In this document: one piece after another, positions 26,216 to 39,004 of the stretch
Position numbering within the stretch: position 1 is the first letter of the stretch
Layout of the letters: every line of letters starts with the position of its first letter
Assembly: GCA_964016885.1 (NCBI GenBank)
Contig: OZ024743.1
Location: 234,546,001 to 234,610,000, forward strand
Direction of reading: 5' to 3'
DNA: 64,000 bases
Source: Eledone cirrhosa
Lineage: Eukaryota
The notes under the pieces: model-generated
Database searches by the model: none
Told to the model about the DNA's origin: nothing
The model's input: only the letters and a program-made list of their open reading frames with translations
Position numbers and translations under genes: made by a program

Positions 26216-29092
26216 TCAAGGATCAATTTCCCCCTCGTCCCTCTGCATATGAAAGTCTGCCGTCCAGGTCGGTGGTCTACGACTTCGTTGCGATCTTTGT
26301 AGTATTGGGGCAGGGCTCTGGGTTTCCACCTCATCTTGGGTTTCCTCTTCCTCGGAGTCCGTCGATACAGTGATTCTTCTTACATCCAGGACATGACGTG
26401 GTACCCCGTCCACGGACACATTGTTCTTTGAATTTACGGCCGTCACCGTTCCCCTTCCCCATTGAGATGTGCACCGTGCATCTGGGGGCTTAACCCAGAC
26501 TTCTTCGCCCACCTGCACAAATGCACTCTCTCTCCCCACTGGCTGTTGTAGTGGCGTGCACGGGTGCCGCCACTCGTATTTGAATACTGCTCTGTATGGC
26601 ACCGATTCCTCGACCTGTCCAACCCGAGGGGACATATTGTACCAGAACACTGCCTCCATTGGTGAGATATGGCCCCGCTCCGCCATTGCCTTGATCGTCC
26701 GGTGGTGTCGCTCCACGATTCCATTCCCGCTCGGCCTGTGCGCCGCTCTGAAGAAACGGTCCACCTTCCATCCCTCGAGCATCCCCCTCAGTGCCTCCGA
26801 GTGGAACGCTGCGCTGTTGTCCATCAGCAGTTCATCCACAGGGCCCCGCTCCAAGAACACCTCTCTCAATGTCCGCACGATTTCCTCGGCCGTTCCGGTC
26901 TTCATCTCCCTCCATATCGCCACTCGACCTGGTCCACAGTCGACCATCGAGAGGTACGTTCCCTGCCGGTAGTGCGTCACATCCACTGCTAATCGCTTCC
27001 AGTTGCGATCCACCGGGAGGCTTCCCGTTTCGTGTACACCCGGGGTGGGATCAATGGACTGACATCGGACGCAGCCTCTAACGACCCCCCGAACACTGTG
27101 TCTGCTAACGTCCGAGTCGATTCTCCTGGCTAGGAACAGGCTCCTATCCACCCCCATGTGGTGCATGTCATGCAACCCCTTCAGGTCTAACTCGGTCAGC
27201 CGACACATGGCAGCTATCTCATCCTCTACCTCCTCCGGCGCTTCCATCCAGGCTTTCTTCACTCTAGTTAAGATGTCCGCCCTATTTTTCTCTGAAGGGA
27301 CGAACACTACGCTCAGCTTCAGGTCGAACTCGGTGGCCAGCTCTCCTAACGTTCCCAGGCGGCGCTTTATCAGCATCTCCGCCGCGCCTCTCGTTCGCAC
27401 TCTCTTCTCACTGGTGAGCACTGATCTTACTCATCCGAGTACGGTAGCCGAGTCGGTGCGTATCTCGATGGTGCGCAGCCCCCACCGCAGGGCGAGGTTC
27501 ACCCCTCTCAACACCGCGTCCAGCTCGGCCACATTGATGTGGCTGCAGTCGTCCTTCTTTCTAAGCCAGGCTGCATCCTCGACCTCAACACCTCCTATCT
27601 CCAACGTGACACCCAGCGCTATGCTGCTGGCATCGCACCATACGGTCCCGCTCCGTGATTTGGGAACATACCAGCGTCCCCGCACTGGGTCGTCGGCCTT
27701 CACCCTCCCCACGATCTCCTGCATCATGGCCACCGTTCTCTCTCCCACTCTGTCACTCCAAGTCACCCCTCCCGCTCGTCTCTTGACATAGCTGTATGCC
27801 GTCCGGAGCCACCCAGCGATCGGGTAGTGACCCACCAGCTTTCCACACACCGAGAAAAGCTCCCGCCTATTCATACTTGGGCCCAGTTCCGGAACTTCGT
27901 TTCCCCTCTGGAACACCAAAACGCCCATCTTATCTCGCCATAGCCTAAGTCCCAGCGCGGCTCCTCCCTCCAATGCTTCTGATGGCTTCGCAGTCAGTCC
28001 ATACCTCCGCAAATGGCTCGTGACCTCCGCCGTCGACACCACCGACTCGTCCACTAGGATGTCGTCAATGTAGGAGTTAGTAGCCCTCTTTATCTTGTCG
28101 GCCCTCCCCAGAGCGGTCTTGAGGACCGCCGCCATGATCTTCGGTGCGGAGCTCAGCCCGAAACCGAGCCTGGTCAGGCAATATGTCCGGCCCTTATACC
28201 TGACCAGCTGATACCGCCAGAGCTTCTCATCTATATGCAACTGCAAGTAAGCCGACTTTAGATCCACGATCGCTGAACCCCCCGTCATGCGTCTCCACTC
28301 ACGCAGGGTTTCCCCACAGACATCCGTGACCTCGCCACCCGTGTGGCATGACATGTGCTCGTTCAGCTCTCGATAGTCCAGCACCGGCCTCACCTTGCTC
28401 TTCGTGAGTTGCACCACCGCCATCAACGGCAATACTCCGCACTTCACCTCCTCCTTCCAGGGAAGCAGTATGCCCTCTTCGATCCATCTCTCTACTTCTC
28501 GCTCGAACTCGCCCCTAGCGTTTCCCTTCAATGTGTGTTGATAGCAGCCCACTTTGGTCTTCAGTGTTGGTGGTTCTCCCTTCCAGTACCACTCAACAAC
28601 CCATCGCTGCCCATCAAACACGGCCTTGAAGTTCTTGTCCTGTACAGTGTAAGCGGGGTATTGCCCCTCGTGGGCCTTCTGGTTCTCATGACGTGCACTC
28701 ACAGCGCATACCGATGCAGCGGCGCCAAACGACACACCGACATTGTTCACCGTGACGCCCCCTAGACGGCCAATCGCGTCCATGCCCATAACCACGCCGA
28801 TCCCATCCACCACACTGTCTACCACGATGGCGGAAAGCCTTATCGTCCTTCCCCGTACCGCTATTTCCATCTCGCTGCGACCTCGGCATTCAATTTTCCT
28901 GCCGTCGACTGCCCTTACGCTGCTCTTCCCTCCCCACCTCTGCGCCACCCCCGCGGTCACCAGTGTCGTCGTACAGCCCGTATCCACGAGGGCTCGCTGT
29001 GGCTTCTCCCTCATGAAGACTTCCACCACCGGCAGCGCCGCTACTCGTAAGGGGCAATTACCGGCGCAGTAGTTCCCCTTGGACCGTTTCCC
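26216..29092 (-). pseudogene. pol: pol (protease DTG, RT YIDD, RNase H, integrase) with one in-frame TGA at 27431-33
   Basis: ALVDTG, RPVLDYRELN, DLKSAYLQ, LGFGL, YIDD, WCDAS/AELDA/TDS, H..HH..CVRC, DVT..DN..ERHHRTIK. ORFs 27431-29029 and 26216-27421 are in the same frame. Confidence 0.92.
29035..29092 (-). promoter_or_regulatory. -1 programmed ribosomal frameshift signal (G GGA AAC plus H-type pseudoknot)
   Basis: Slippery heptamer in the gag frame (29086-92); stem 1 AAGGGG../..CCCCTT; loop GCGCCG pairs with downstream CGGCGC; the -1 frame is open into pol. Confidence 0.85.
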
Positions 29093-29802
29093 TGGTCGCA
29101 GTTAGTAGCGATGTGGCCTGGTCGCTTACACCGGTAGCAGATTATATCCGGCTTCGACTCTCTACAGTCTCTAGCCATATGCGGGCCCTGATACCTAAAA
29201 CAGCGGCCCTTAAATTCTCGCGAACGGCCGCGTGCCGAGGTTGCCTCCCTTTGACCATTTCGCTGCCAGGTGTCCTGAGCCTCTGTAGTCGCTATCGCCG
29301 CGACACTCTTTTTGGCATCTTCCGCTATGATCCGGGCTTGTTCCACCAGTGAACGCATTTCCATCTCCTTGTACCCCGGGACTTGCTGCAGTTTCACCGC
29401 TATGTCGTCCGGAAATCCATTGATGAATGCCAACCGCACCGTGCGTTCGCATTCTGCCTGGTATCCCGCCAACATAGCCAACCGCCTTATTTCCGCTGCG
29501 AAAATGTCGACGCGCTCACCATTCCACCTGATTCTCGCCAGCTTAGCAAAAGCCGCCAACGGTCCCTCGGCGAATGCATCCATCAGACGCCTCTCAATCT
29601 TCTGCACATCTCTTTGGCTGTGCTCGTCCAACTCAAGGAAGAGTACCAACGCGTCGCCCTCGAGGTACAATGCAATGAGACCGGCCACGTCTTCTATCTT
29701 CTGCAAGCCCGCGACCAGCCGAACCTTCCGCAGCCAAGCGACAACATCACCTTCCCCGGTGAATGGCCTGATAGCTTCGTTCATCCGTAGTCTTGTCGCC
29801 AT
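29041..29802 (-). CDS. gag: Gag with CCHC zinc knuckle(s)
   Basis: 253-aa ORF with CYRCKRPGHIATNC, plus a first knuckle with an apparent C>Y change. Confidence 0.9.
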   Translation of the reverse strand: MATRLRMNEAIRPFTGEGDVVAWLRKVRLVAGLQKIEDVAGLIALYLEGDALVLFLELDEHSQRDVQKIERRLMDAFAEGPLAAFAKLARIRWNGERVDIFAAEIRRLAMLAGYQAECERTVRLAFINGFPDDIAVKLQQVPGYKEMEMRSLVEQARIIAEDAKKSVAAIATTEAQDTWQRNGQREATSARGRSREFKGRCFRYQGPHMARDCRESKPDIICYRCKRPGHIATNCDQGNGPRGTTAPVIAPYE

Positions 29803-29871
29803 CTTCTGATTTGTTTTGCGGCAAGTGTTTTCTTTTTTTTTTTTTTTTTTTTTTCAGTCGCCGAAATAGCT

Positions 29872-30106
29872 TGTGGTTAGAAAAAGCTATCTCACTTACC
29901 GCTTTTCACAGGCGCCGCTAAATTCCACTGCAGGTACTCCTCTTCCACGTGCGTCCGACTGCTTAAAACCGGGAGCTGCCCAAAACGCGTCCTCACCGTA
30001 TGCTGGTCACCACTAGAGAGAGGCCCTCTCCTGGCCCTTCCGGTCGAGCATCCTTCCGGTCGAGCACTCCCCCCCCCCGGCCACCGCACGCCACACCATA
30101 CCCACA
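29872..30106 (-). repeat. 5' LTR (235 bp)
   Basis: Direct repeat of 25923-26202. Confidence 0.93.
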
Positions 30107-30233
30107 TTATGTAATAAACAACATAAGATAATTATTTCATTTACCAGTTGAATATAAATACAAACAACGTAAAAATAAACAAATACACATGATATGTATA
30201 TATATATACACATATATATATATATATATATAT

Positions 30234-31898
30234 ATCATCATCATCATCATCATCAACGTTTAACGTCCGTGTTCCACGCTTGCATGGGTTTGGACGGGGG
30301 TAGTCCCACTTGAGGCAAGAGTGATTGTCTTGCTCGCATAGGACTGTCTGGCAGGTTTTCTACAGTTGGATGCCCTTCCTAACACCAACCACATTTACAG
30401 TGTGGGTCTGGGAGGTTTTTACCGTGTTGCCTACACGGCCACATTACAGCGTGGACTGTGTGTTTTTTTGTCGTGACACCTACACGATCTCGTTTGTTTC
30501 GGCCTGGATGGCGCGGCACCAACATAACTTTACATGGAACGGGGTGGTGTGGATGGGGTGGGGGTGGTGGCGGGACAGGGTGTAGTTTGTTAGAGATGCC
30601 TACTGGCAAGGCGGGTCTTCTCTGTTACTGAGTACCGCCAAAGGTCACGGTCCAGTGACATTGTCTTGGAGAGGTGTAAGTGTATGAGGTTGGCGTTTAT
30701 CAGCTCATCCCATGTTTTTCTAGGTCTGCCTATTCCGTGGCTACCGTCTATCTTTATTGCCCTGCACTTTGTAATACAGCTATCGACTTTCATGCGCATC
30801 ACATGTCCATACCAACGCAGTCTTCTCTCGAGTAAACAACATCTGATCCCTCTTATCTCTAATTTTTTCCTTAGTTCGTTTATGCTTTGCCGTTCACGTA
30901 TATTACTGTTACACATCCAGCGGAGCATGCAAGCTTCGTTCCTCTCTAGTCTGCGTATATCCTCTGCACACAATGCCCAGGTCTCACTACCATGCAACAT
31001 TGCTGTTCGTATGCAGGCATCGTACAACCTGCCTTTCATTTTTAGGGAGAACCCTTTAGCAGCTAATAGTGGTATAAGCTCTCTGAACTTTTTCCAACCA
31101 GTTCTGACTCTAGCTACAGTACTTTCAGAGCACCCTCCCCCACTGCTGATTTTATCGCCCAGGTAACGGAAGCTGTCCACTATTTCTATAGAACCCTCTG
31201 CGCAATTGAAAGAGCTAGTATTTTGTGGGCACTTGCTGCTACTTATTGCACCAGAATATCGGCCACATGTAAAGTCTATGTTCTTAGTTAGCTTACCTGT
31301 GATCCCACTACATCTTTTATGCACCCATACTTTGCATTTAGGACATAAGATGGAGTTTCTACCTACGCCTTTCCTACATACCGAGCACGACCATTTCCCA
31401 GAAGGGACCGCCGCCTTGTTTTCTTTCCTACAAACTAGAACTTTGGTCTTAGCCAGGTTAATTTTAAGTCCTTTTGACTCTAGGCCGTGCTTCCATGTTT
31501 GGAATTTCTTCTCTAGCTCGGCCATTGATTCCGCTATGAGTGTCAGGTCGTCTGCGTATAGGAGTTCCCATGGGCAGCCTGTCTTGAACTCCTCTGTTAT
31601 AGCCTGAAGGGCAATAATAAATAGTAGGGGGCTGAGAACAGAGCCCTGATGGACGCCAACTTTTACGCTAAACTCTTCACTATATTCGTTGTTAATTCTA
31701 ACCTTACTGACTGTTTCTTTATACATGGCTTGTATAGCCCTCACAAGCCATTCGTCAACGCCTAGTTTTCTAAGAGCCCACCAGATAATGGAGCGGGGGA
31801 CTCTGTCGAAGGCTTTCTCCAGGTCGACAAAAGCTAAGTAGAGGGGTTTACCTTTAGCTAGGTACTTCTCCTGTAGTTGTCGTACTATGAAAAGAGCG

Positions 31899-31900
<2 letters not shown>
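30234..31900 (-). mobile_element. RTE family A, 5'-truncated copy
   Basis: 384-aa ORF with VGVHQGSVLSP, YADD and PHD insert; small deletion across the stop codon; (GAT)n tail; flanked by (TA)n. Confidence 0.95.
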
Positions 31901-31956
<56 letters not shown>

Positions 31957-32006
31957 ATACACACATACAAACACACACAAATTTATATGTATATATATAA
32001 AATATA

Positions 32007-34653
32007 GGGGACTTCAATGGTCATGTTGGACAGCTCCAGGATAGTTACAGTGGGGTACATGGTGGGCACGGTTACGGCTCAAGAAATGAAGAAGGAGTGA
32101 GGCTTCTTGAATTTTGTGATGCAAGTACACTGACTATTTGCAACACTAACTTCCAGAAACCTGCCAACCACCTAATAACCTACAAATCAGGCAAGCACAT
32201 AAGACAGATTGACTTCTTACTAGTTAGGCAGCGGGACAGGCAGATGGTGTCAAATACCAAGGCATACTCTGGGGAAGAATGTACCCCACAGCATAGGTTA
32301 GTCGTTAGTGATATCTCAGTAAGCAAGAGATGGAATGAGACATACAGGAAGGTGTGGAGAAGAAAGGTCTGGAAGCTAAAAGACCTTTCACTAAAATACA
32401 AATTTAGGAAAGCCCTTCAAGATTTGTATGATGAAAAAGAAGATGATTTAGAGACGTATGACATAGATAATAACTGGAATTTCTTACGTGACAACTTACT
32501 GCAGGCTACTGATGAAACTTGTGGCTGGAGCAGAGCTCCAACCAGACAGAGAGTGACCTGGTGGTGGAACAGCACAGTAGATAAGGCCATTAGATACAAA
32601 AGACTAGCATGGAAGGCTTGGAAAAAGGGTGGGAGTAGAGAAGGATATGCAGTCACTAAGAGAGAAGCTAGACGTCAGGTGTACTTAGCACGCAGGGAGG
32701 CTGAGAGTAGGATGTTTGCCAATGTTCTGCGATGGGAAGATAAGAGGCGTGCGGTGTTCCACATTGCAAGGCAGTGTGTCAATGCAAATCAGGATGTTGT
32801 TGGAGATAAATGTGTCCAGAATGATGCCGGTGTACTTAGTGTCACGAATGATCAGAAAAAGGAGGCCTGGAAATGTCATTAAGAGAGACTGATGAATATG
32901 GAGAACGAATGGGAGAGAGAGAAATTACCCTTAGTAGATCCGACAGAGGGACCAGCTATTGAGATTGACGAATATAGGGTCCAAGAGGCGATTAAGGAAA
33001 TGAAAAATGGTAAGGCTGCTGGACCGTCGGGGATAGTTGCTGAGATGCTGAAGGCATCAGGGGACGTAGGCACTAAACTGGTTGGACGCATCATCAATCA
33101 GGCTATATATGGTGGTGTCATACCCAAAGACTGGTGCAGCAGTATTCTTATAAATTGCTACAAAGATAAAGGTGATGTTCTGGAGAGGAGCAATTATAGG
33201 GGTATAAAACTGATGGATCAGGTTATGAAAGTGGCAGAAAGGATATTAGCACAACTAAATAGAGAAAGGGTCAAACTAGATGAGATGCAGATTGGTTTTG
33301 TGCCTGGGAAGAGTACAACAGATGCCCTCTTCTTGGAAAGACAATTACAAGAGAGGTTCTTAGAGAAGAATAAGCCACTATACTTAGCCTTTGTTGACCT
33401 AGAGAAGGCCTTTGATAAAGTACCCCTTTCTGTCATCTGGTGGTCCCTAAGGAAATTAGGTGTTGAGGAATGGCTTGTGAGGACAGTGCAAACTTTGTAC
33501 AGAGATGTCAGTAAAGTCAGGGTAGGAATGGAGTTTAGTGAGGAATTCCCGATACAAGTAGGAGTACATCAAGGTTCGGTCCTCAGCCCGCTCTTGTTCA
33601 TTATAGTCCTCCAAGCCATAACAGAGGAGTTTAGGACTGGCTGTCCATGGGAACTTCTCTATGCTGACGATCTGGTTCTTATAGCAGAATCAGTAGAGAA
33701 GCTAGAGAATAAATTCTGGCTATGGAAACAGCAGTTGGAAGCAAGAGGGCTGAGAGTGAACCTAGCTAAGACAAAAGTGTTGATGAGTAGAAAAGAGGAC
33801 AAAACTCTGATTCCATCAGGGAAATGGCCATGTTCGATATGCAGAAAAGGAACTGGCCTAAATTCTATAAAATGCACACAATGCAGATCCTCGGTACACA
33901 AGAAATGTAGTGGGATAGCAGGCAAACTAACAGGTAGGGAGAAATACGTATGCAGTAGATGTACAGGGAAATTAGACAGTAGAAGTCGCATTGAAAGACA
34001 CATTTTTCAAATGCAGGCGGCTGCTATAGAATGGTGGATAGCTTCCGGTACCTAGGAGATCATATTAGCATGGGAGGGGGATGTTCCGAGGCCATAGTAT
34101 CTAGAATAAGGATGGGTTGGAAGAAGTTTAGGGAGCTGCTTCCTCTGCTGACGAAAAGGGTTTCTCCCTGCGTATGAAAGGCCGGTTATATGATGCCTGT
34201 GTGAGGAGCGTGATTCTGCATGGTAGTGAGACATGGGTAGCAACTGCAGAGGATATGTGAAGGCTGGAGAGAAATGAGGCAAGCATGCTCCGTTGGATGT
34301 GCAATGTCAATGTGTGTGAACGACCCAGCATGAATGTATTGAGAGAGAAACTGTATCTGAGAGGGATATAATGTAGTGTGTGAGAGAGGAGACTGCGGTG
34401 GTATGGACATGTGATGCGCATGGAGGATGACCGATGGGTGAAGAAGTGCCAGGAAATACCAGTTGAAGGAAGACATGGTAGAGGTAGACCGCGAAAAATA
34501 TAAGCGGAGGTGGTGAGAACAGACCTCAGATCTCTGAAGCTCATGGTGGAGATGACGAAGGACCATGACAAGTGGCGAGATGCTGTGCTGAATAAGACCC
34601 ATCCCACCCTTGCAAGCAGGGAGAAGCGGACGTAAAATGATGATGATGATGAT
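32007..34653 (+). mobile_element. RTE LINE family B, 5'-truncated, with stops and frameshifts
   Basis: APE C-terminus (GDFNGHVG, QIDF, QHRLV), RT (FVDLEKAFD, QGSVLSP, YADD), PHD insert, tail GGACGTAAAA(TGA)n. Confidence 0.95.
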
Positions 34654-34887
34654 ATATATACACATATATGCATATATATATACACACACATATACATATA
34701 TATACACATATATATACACATCCACATACATACACATACAAATACATACAAATACATACAAATATAGATAGGTAAATATCATAGGTACATAACCCACATA
34801 CATACATACACACGCACGCAATAAAAATTCAACACACGCATATATATACATATATACGTAAATCCATACACTCGTATATATATATAT

Positions 34888-35245
34888 GGGGGCACATGGC
34901 TTATGGGGGCACATGGCTTAGTGGTTAGAGCATTGGCCTTGCAATCGAAAGGTTGTGAGTTCAATTCTCAGACCGGGTGATGTGTTGTTTCCTTGAGCAA
35001 GACACTTTATTTCACATTGCTCCAGTTTACTCAGCTGTAGAAATGAGATGATAGGGACTGGGGTCCCTATCATTCCACTGCAAAGTGGTCGTGGAGGTGC
35101 CACGGCAAAAAAGCACCCAGCACTCACTGTAAATGAGGTTGGTGTTAGGAAGGGCATCCAGCTGTAGAAATCAAGCCAGAATCAGTTCCCGTCCCACCCT
35201 TGCAAGCAGGGAAAAGTGGACGTAAAATGAAATGATGATGATGAT
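34888..35245 (+). mobile_element. tRNA-derived SINE family 2 (V-domain-like core, RTE-derived body and tail)
   Basis: A-box TGGCTTAGTGG, B-box GAGTTCAATTC, CCTTGAGCAAGACACTT..TTGCTCCAGT..CTCAGCTG core; 3' ~55 bp match the family B tail; 17-nt 5' duplication. Confidence 0.85.
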
Positions 35246-35402
35246 ATAGTATTAAGGATACTATTTATGGTTATGTATATACTAAAACCTTTTATAGTTA
35301 TATATATTTTAAACCCTAAATAGTGAAAGACAGTAATTTAAACCTTATTACCAGTAAGATAAATAGCTCAATGTAATAACATCAGTTGTTCTATAGAGCA
35401 GT

Positions 35403-35504
35403 TATATAGAAATTACATGAATCAAAGTTCTGTTTAAACCATTTATTCGCTTGCAATTGTAAGCGAATAAATGGTTTAAACAGAACTTTGATTCATGTAA
35501 TTTC

Positions 35505-35510
<6 letters not shown>
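35403..35510. repeat. Near-perfect palindrome, 54-bp arms, no spacer
   Basis: Centre CAATTG at 35454-59; one mismatch; abuts (TA)n. Confidence 0.92.
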
Positions 35511-35536
<26 letters not shown>

Positions 35537-35563
35537 TATATACACATATATATATATATACAG

Positions 35564-35594
<31 letters not shown>

Positions 35595-35713
35595 ACAACA
35601 ACAGCAACAACACCATTGTCTGTGTTGAATGTGTGTGTATGTATGTATTTATATATATGCGACTACAATAACAGCATCAACACCATTGTCTGCAGCATCA
35701 GTGAAATGAAGAA

Positions 35714-36020
<307 letters not shown>

Positions 36021-36025
36021 TACCA

Positions 36026-36220
36026 GCGGTGGATTGGCAGTATCGGTAGAGGGTCGGACGCCATGCTTTCCAGCATAGTTACGTCCCTTTACGATCTGAG
36101 TTCAAATCCCGCCGAGGTTGACTTTGCCTTTCATCCTTACGGGGTCGATAAAATAAAGTACCAGTAATGCACTGGGTAATTGCTGGCCTTGTGCCTACAG
36201 TAGAAACAATTATTATTATA
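36026..36220 (+). mobile_element. SINE family 1 copy
   Basis: Head, B-box GAGTTCAAATCC, core and tail. Confidence 0.88.
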
Positions 36221-36449
36221 TAAAAACTGAACTGGACTGGGAAAAGTCAACAGTTTACATGATTTTGATTTTGTATCAGTACTGCTGGTAATATATATAT
36301 ATATGTGTGTGTTTGTGAGTGGTGTGTGTGTTTGTATGCATGAATGAGTGGCATGTGTGTTTGTGGTTTGTATGCATGAGTGTTGGTGTGTGTGTGTGTG
36401 TCGTGTCAATAAGTGTTTTTTTTTTGTTTTTTTTTGTTTTTTTAATGAC

Positions 36450-39004
36450 CATGCTGTAAAATGGAGGGGTAGAGAGGGCCCTTGAGTCTAGTAAGACATC
36501 CTCTCTAGTGCTGGTGGCACAAATAAAAGCACCCAGTCCATGCTGTAAAGTGGCGCTGGTGTTAGGAAGGGCATCCAACCAGTGTATCAATACCAAAACG
36601 TTTATCAGCACAGCAATAAATAGGAACAACAACAAAATATGAAGACGTCGCATCTCAGAGTTGCAACACTTAATGTTGGCACTCTCAGAGGTAGATCTGC
36701 TGAAATAGCGGAGATGCTGGAGAGAAGGCATGTGGATGTGTGCTGCGTGCAAGAGATGAGATGGAGAGGTGCCTCTGCGAGACTAGTCGTAGGCAAAGTC
36801 TTAGCTATAAGCTATTCTGGGTAGGTAAGGATGATGGGTTAGGGGGAGTAGGCATTTTCCTGGCTGAGAAATGGATCAATAAGACAATAGAGGTAGTTCG
36901 AGTTAGTAATCAAATAATTAAGCTTAGATTAGTTGTAAGCAGGAGACTACTGACAATCATCTCTGCCTATGCTCCCCAAGCAGGCCTAGGCAAAGATGAG
37001 AAAGACTGCTTTTACGAGCAACTTTTACAAACAACCGCAATGACAGAGGACGGAGACATCGTTATGCTAGCAGGAAACTTCAATGGTCATGTTGGACAGC
37101 TCCAGGATGGTTACACTGGGGTACATGGTGGGCACTGTTACGGCTCAAGAAATGAAGAAGGAGTGAGACTTCTTGAATTTTGTGATACAGATACATTGAC
37201 TATTTGCAACACAAACTTCCAGAAACCTGCCAATCACCTAATAACCTACAAATCTGGTGAGCGCATAAGCCAGATTGACTTCTTACTAGTTAGGCAGCGG
37301 GACAGGCAGATAGTGTCTAATACCAAGGCATACCCTGGGGAAGAATGTACCCCACAGCATAGGTTAGTCGTTAGTGATATCTCAGTAAGCAAGAGATGGA
37401 ATGAGACATACAGGACGTAGGCACTAAACTGGTTGCACACATCATCAATCAGGCTATATATGGTGATGTCATACCCAAAGACTGGTGCAGCAGTATTCTC
37501 ATAAATTGCTACAAAGGTAAAGGGGATGCTCTGGAGAGGAGCAATTATAGGGGTATAAAACTGATGGATCAGGTTATGAAAGTGGCAGAAAGGATATTAG
37601 CACAACTAATTAGAGAAAGGGTCAAACTAGATGAGATGCAGTTTGGTTTTGTGCCTGGGAAGAGTACAACAGATGCCCTCTTCTTGGTGTGACAATTACA
37701 AGAGAGGTTCTTAGAGAAAAATAAGCCACTATACTTAGCCTTTGTTGACCTAGAGAAGGCCTTTGATAGGGTACCCTGATCTGTCATCTGGTGGTCCCTA
37801 AGGAAGTTAGGTGTTGAGGAATGGCTTGTGAGGACAGTACAAACTTTGTACAGAGGTACTCTCAGTATATAGTCAGGGTAGGAATGGAGTTTAGTGAGGA
37901 ATTCTAGATACAAGTAGGAGTACATCAAGGTTCGGTCCTCAGCCTGCTCTTGTTCATTATGGTCCTCCAAGCCATAACAGAGGAGTTTAAGCCTGGCTGT
38001 CCATGGGAACTTCTCTATGCTAACGATCTGGTTCTTATAGCAGAATCAGTAGAGGAGCTAGAGAATAAATTCTGGCTATGGAAACAGCAGTTGGAAGCAA
38101 GAGGACTGAGAGTGAACCTAACTAAGACAAAAGTGTTGATGAGTAAAAAAGAGGACACAACTCTGATTCCGTGAGGGCAATGGCCATGTTCGATATGCAG
38201 AAAAGGAACTGGCCTAAATTCTATAAAATGCACACAATGCAGATCCTGGGTACACAATAGATGTAGCGGGATAGCAGGCAAACTAACAGGTAGGGAAAAA
38301 TATGTATGCAGTAGATGTACAGGGAAATTAGACAGTAGAAGTCCATTGATAGACACATTTTTCAAATGCAGGAGGGCGCTATAGAAGTGGTGGATAGCTT
38401 CCGGTACCTAAGAGATCATATTAGCATGGGAGGAGGGTGTTCCGAGGCCATAGTATCTAGAATAAGGATGGGTTGGAAGGAGTTTAGGGAGCTGCTTCCT
38501 CTGCTGACGAAGAAGGGTTTCTCCCTGCGTACGAAAGGCCGGTTGAATGATGCCTGTGTGAGGAGCGCGATGCTGCATGGTAGTGAGACATGGGCAGCCA
38601 CTGCAGAGAGATATGCGATGGCTGGAGAGAAATGAGGCAAGCATGCTCCGTTGGATGTGCAGTGTAAATGTGCGTGAACGACCCAGCATAAATGTGTTGA
38701 TAGAGAAACTGTGTCTGAGTGGGATAGAATGTAGTGTACGGGAGAGGAGACTGAGGTGGTATGGACATGTGATGCGCATGGAGGATGACCGATGGGTGAA
38801 GAAGTGCCAGGAAATGCTAGTTGAAGTAAGACGTGGTAGAGGTAGACCACGAAAAATATGGGCGGAGGTGGTGAGAACAGACCTCAGATCATTGAAACTC
38901 ACGGTGGAGATGACGAAGGACCGTGACGAGTGGAAAGATGCTGTGCTGAATAAGACCCGTCCCACCCTTGCAAGCAGGGAAAAGCGGACGTAAAATGATG
39001 ATGA
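36450..39004 (+). mobile_element. RTE family B copy with 5'UTR and APE start; ~715-bp internal deletion
   Basis: ATG at 36639: MKTSHLRVATLNVGTL..VQEMRW (APE N-terminus). The junction at 37415 joins the equivalents of 32349 and 33065 via GGA microhomology. Confidence 0.93.

Larger units (their letters stand above)
25923..30106 (-). mobile_element. Complete compact Ty3/Gypsy LTR retrotransposon (4184 bp)
   Basis: TG..CA LTRs at 25923-26202 and 29872-30106; 5-bp TSD TTATG (25918-22, 30107-11); PPT-like AGGGGGGCG before the 3' LTR; domain order gag-PR-RT-RH-IN. Confidence 0.95.

Noticed and set aside
26044-29809. Plus-strand and overlapping ORFs within the Gypsy element (likewise in CRE and RTE)
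   Set aside because: Antisense shadows of GC-rich TE coding sequence.
34905-34975. tRNA gene
   Set aside because: The A/B boxes belong to a SINE head that continues into core and LINE-derived tail; no proper acceptor stem.
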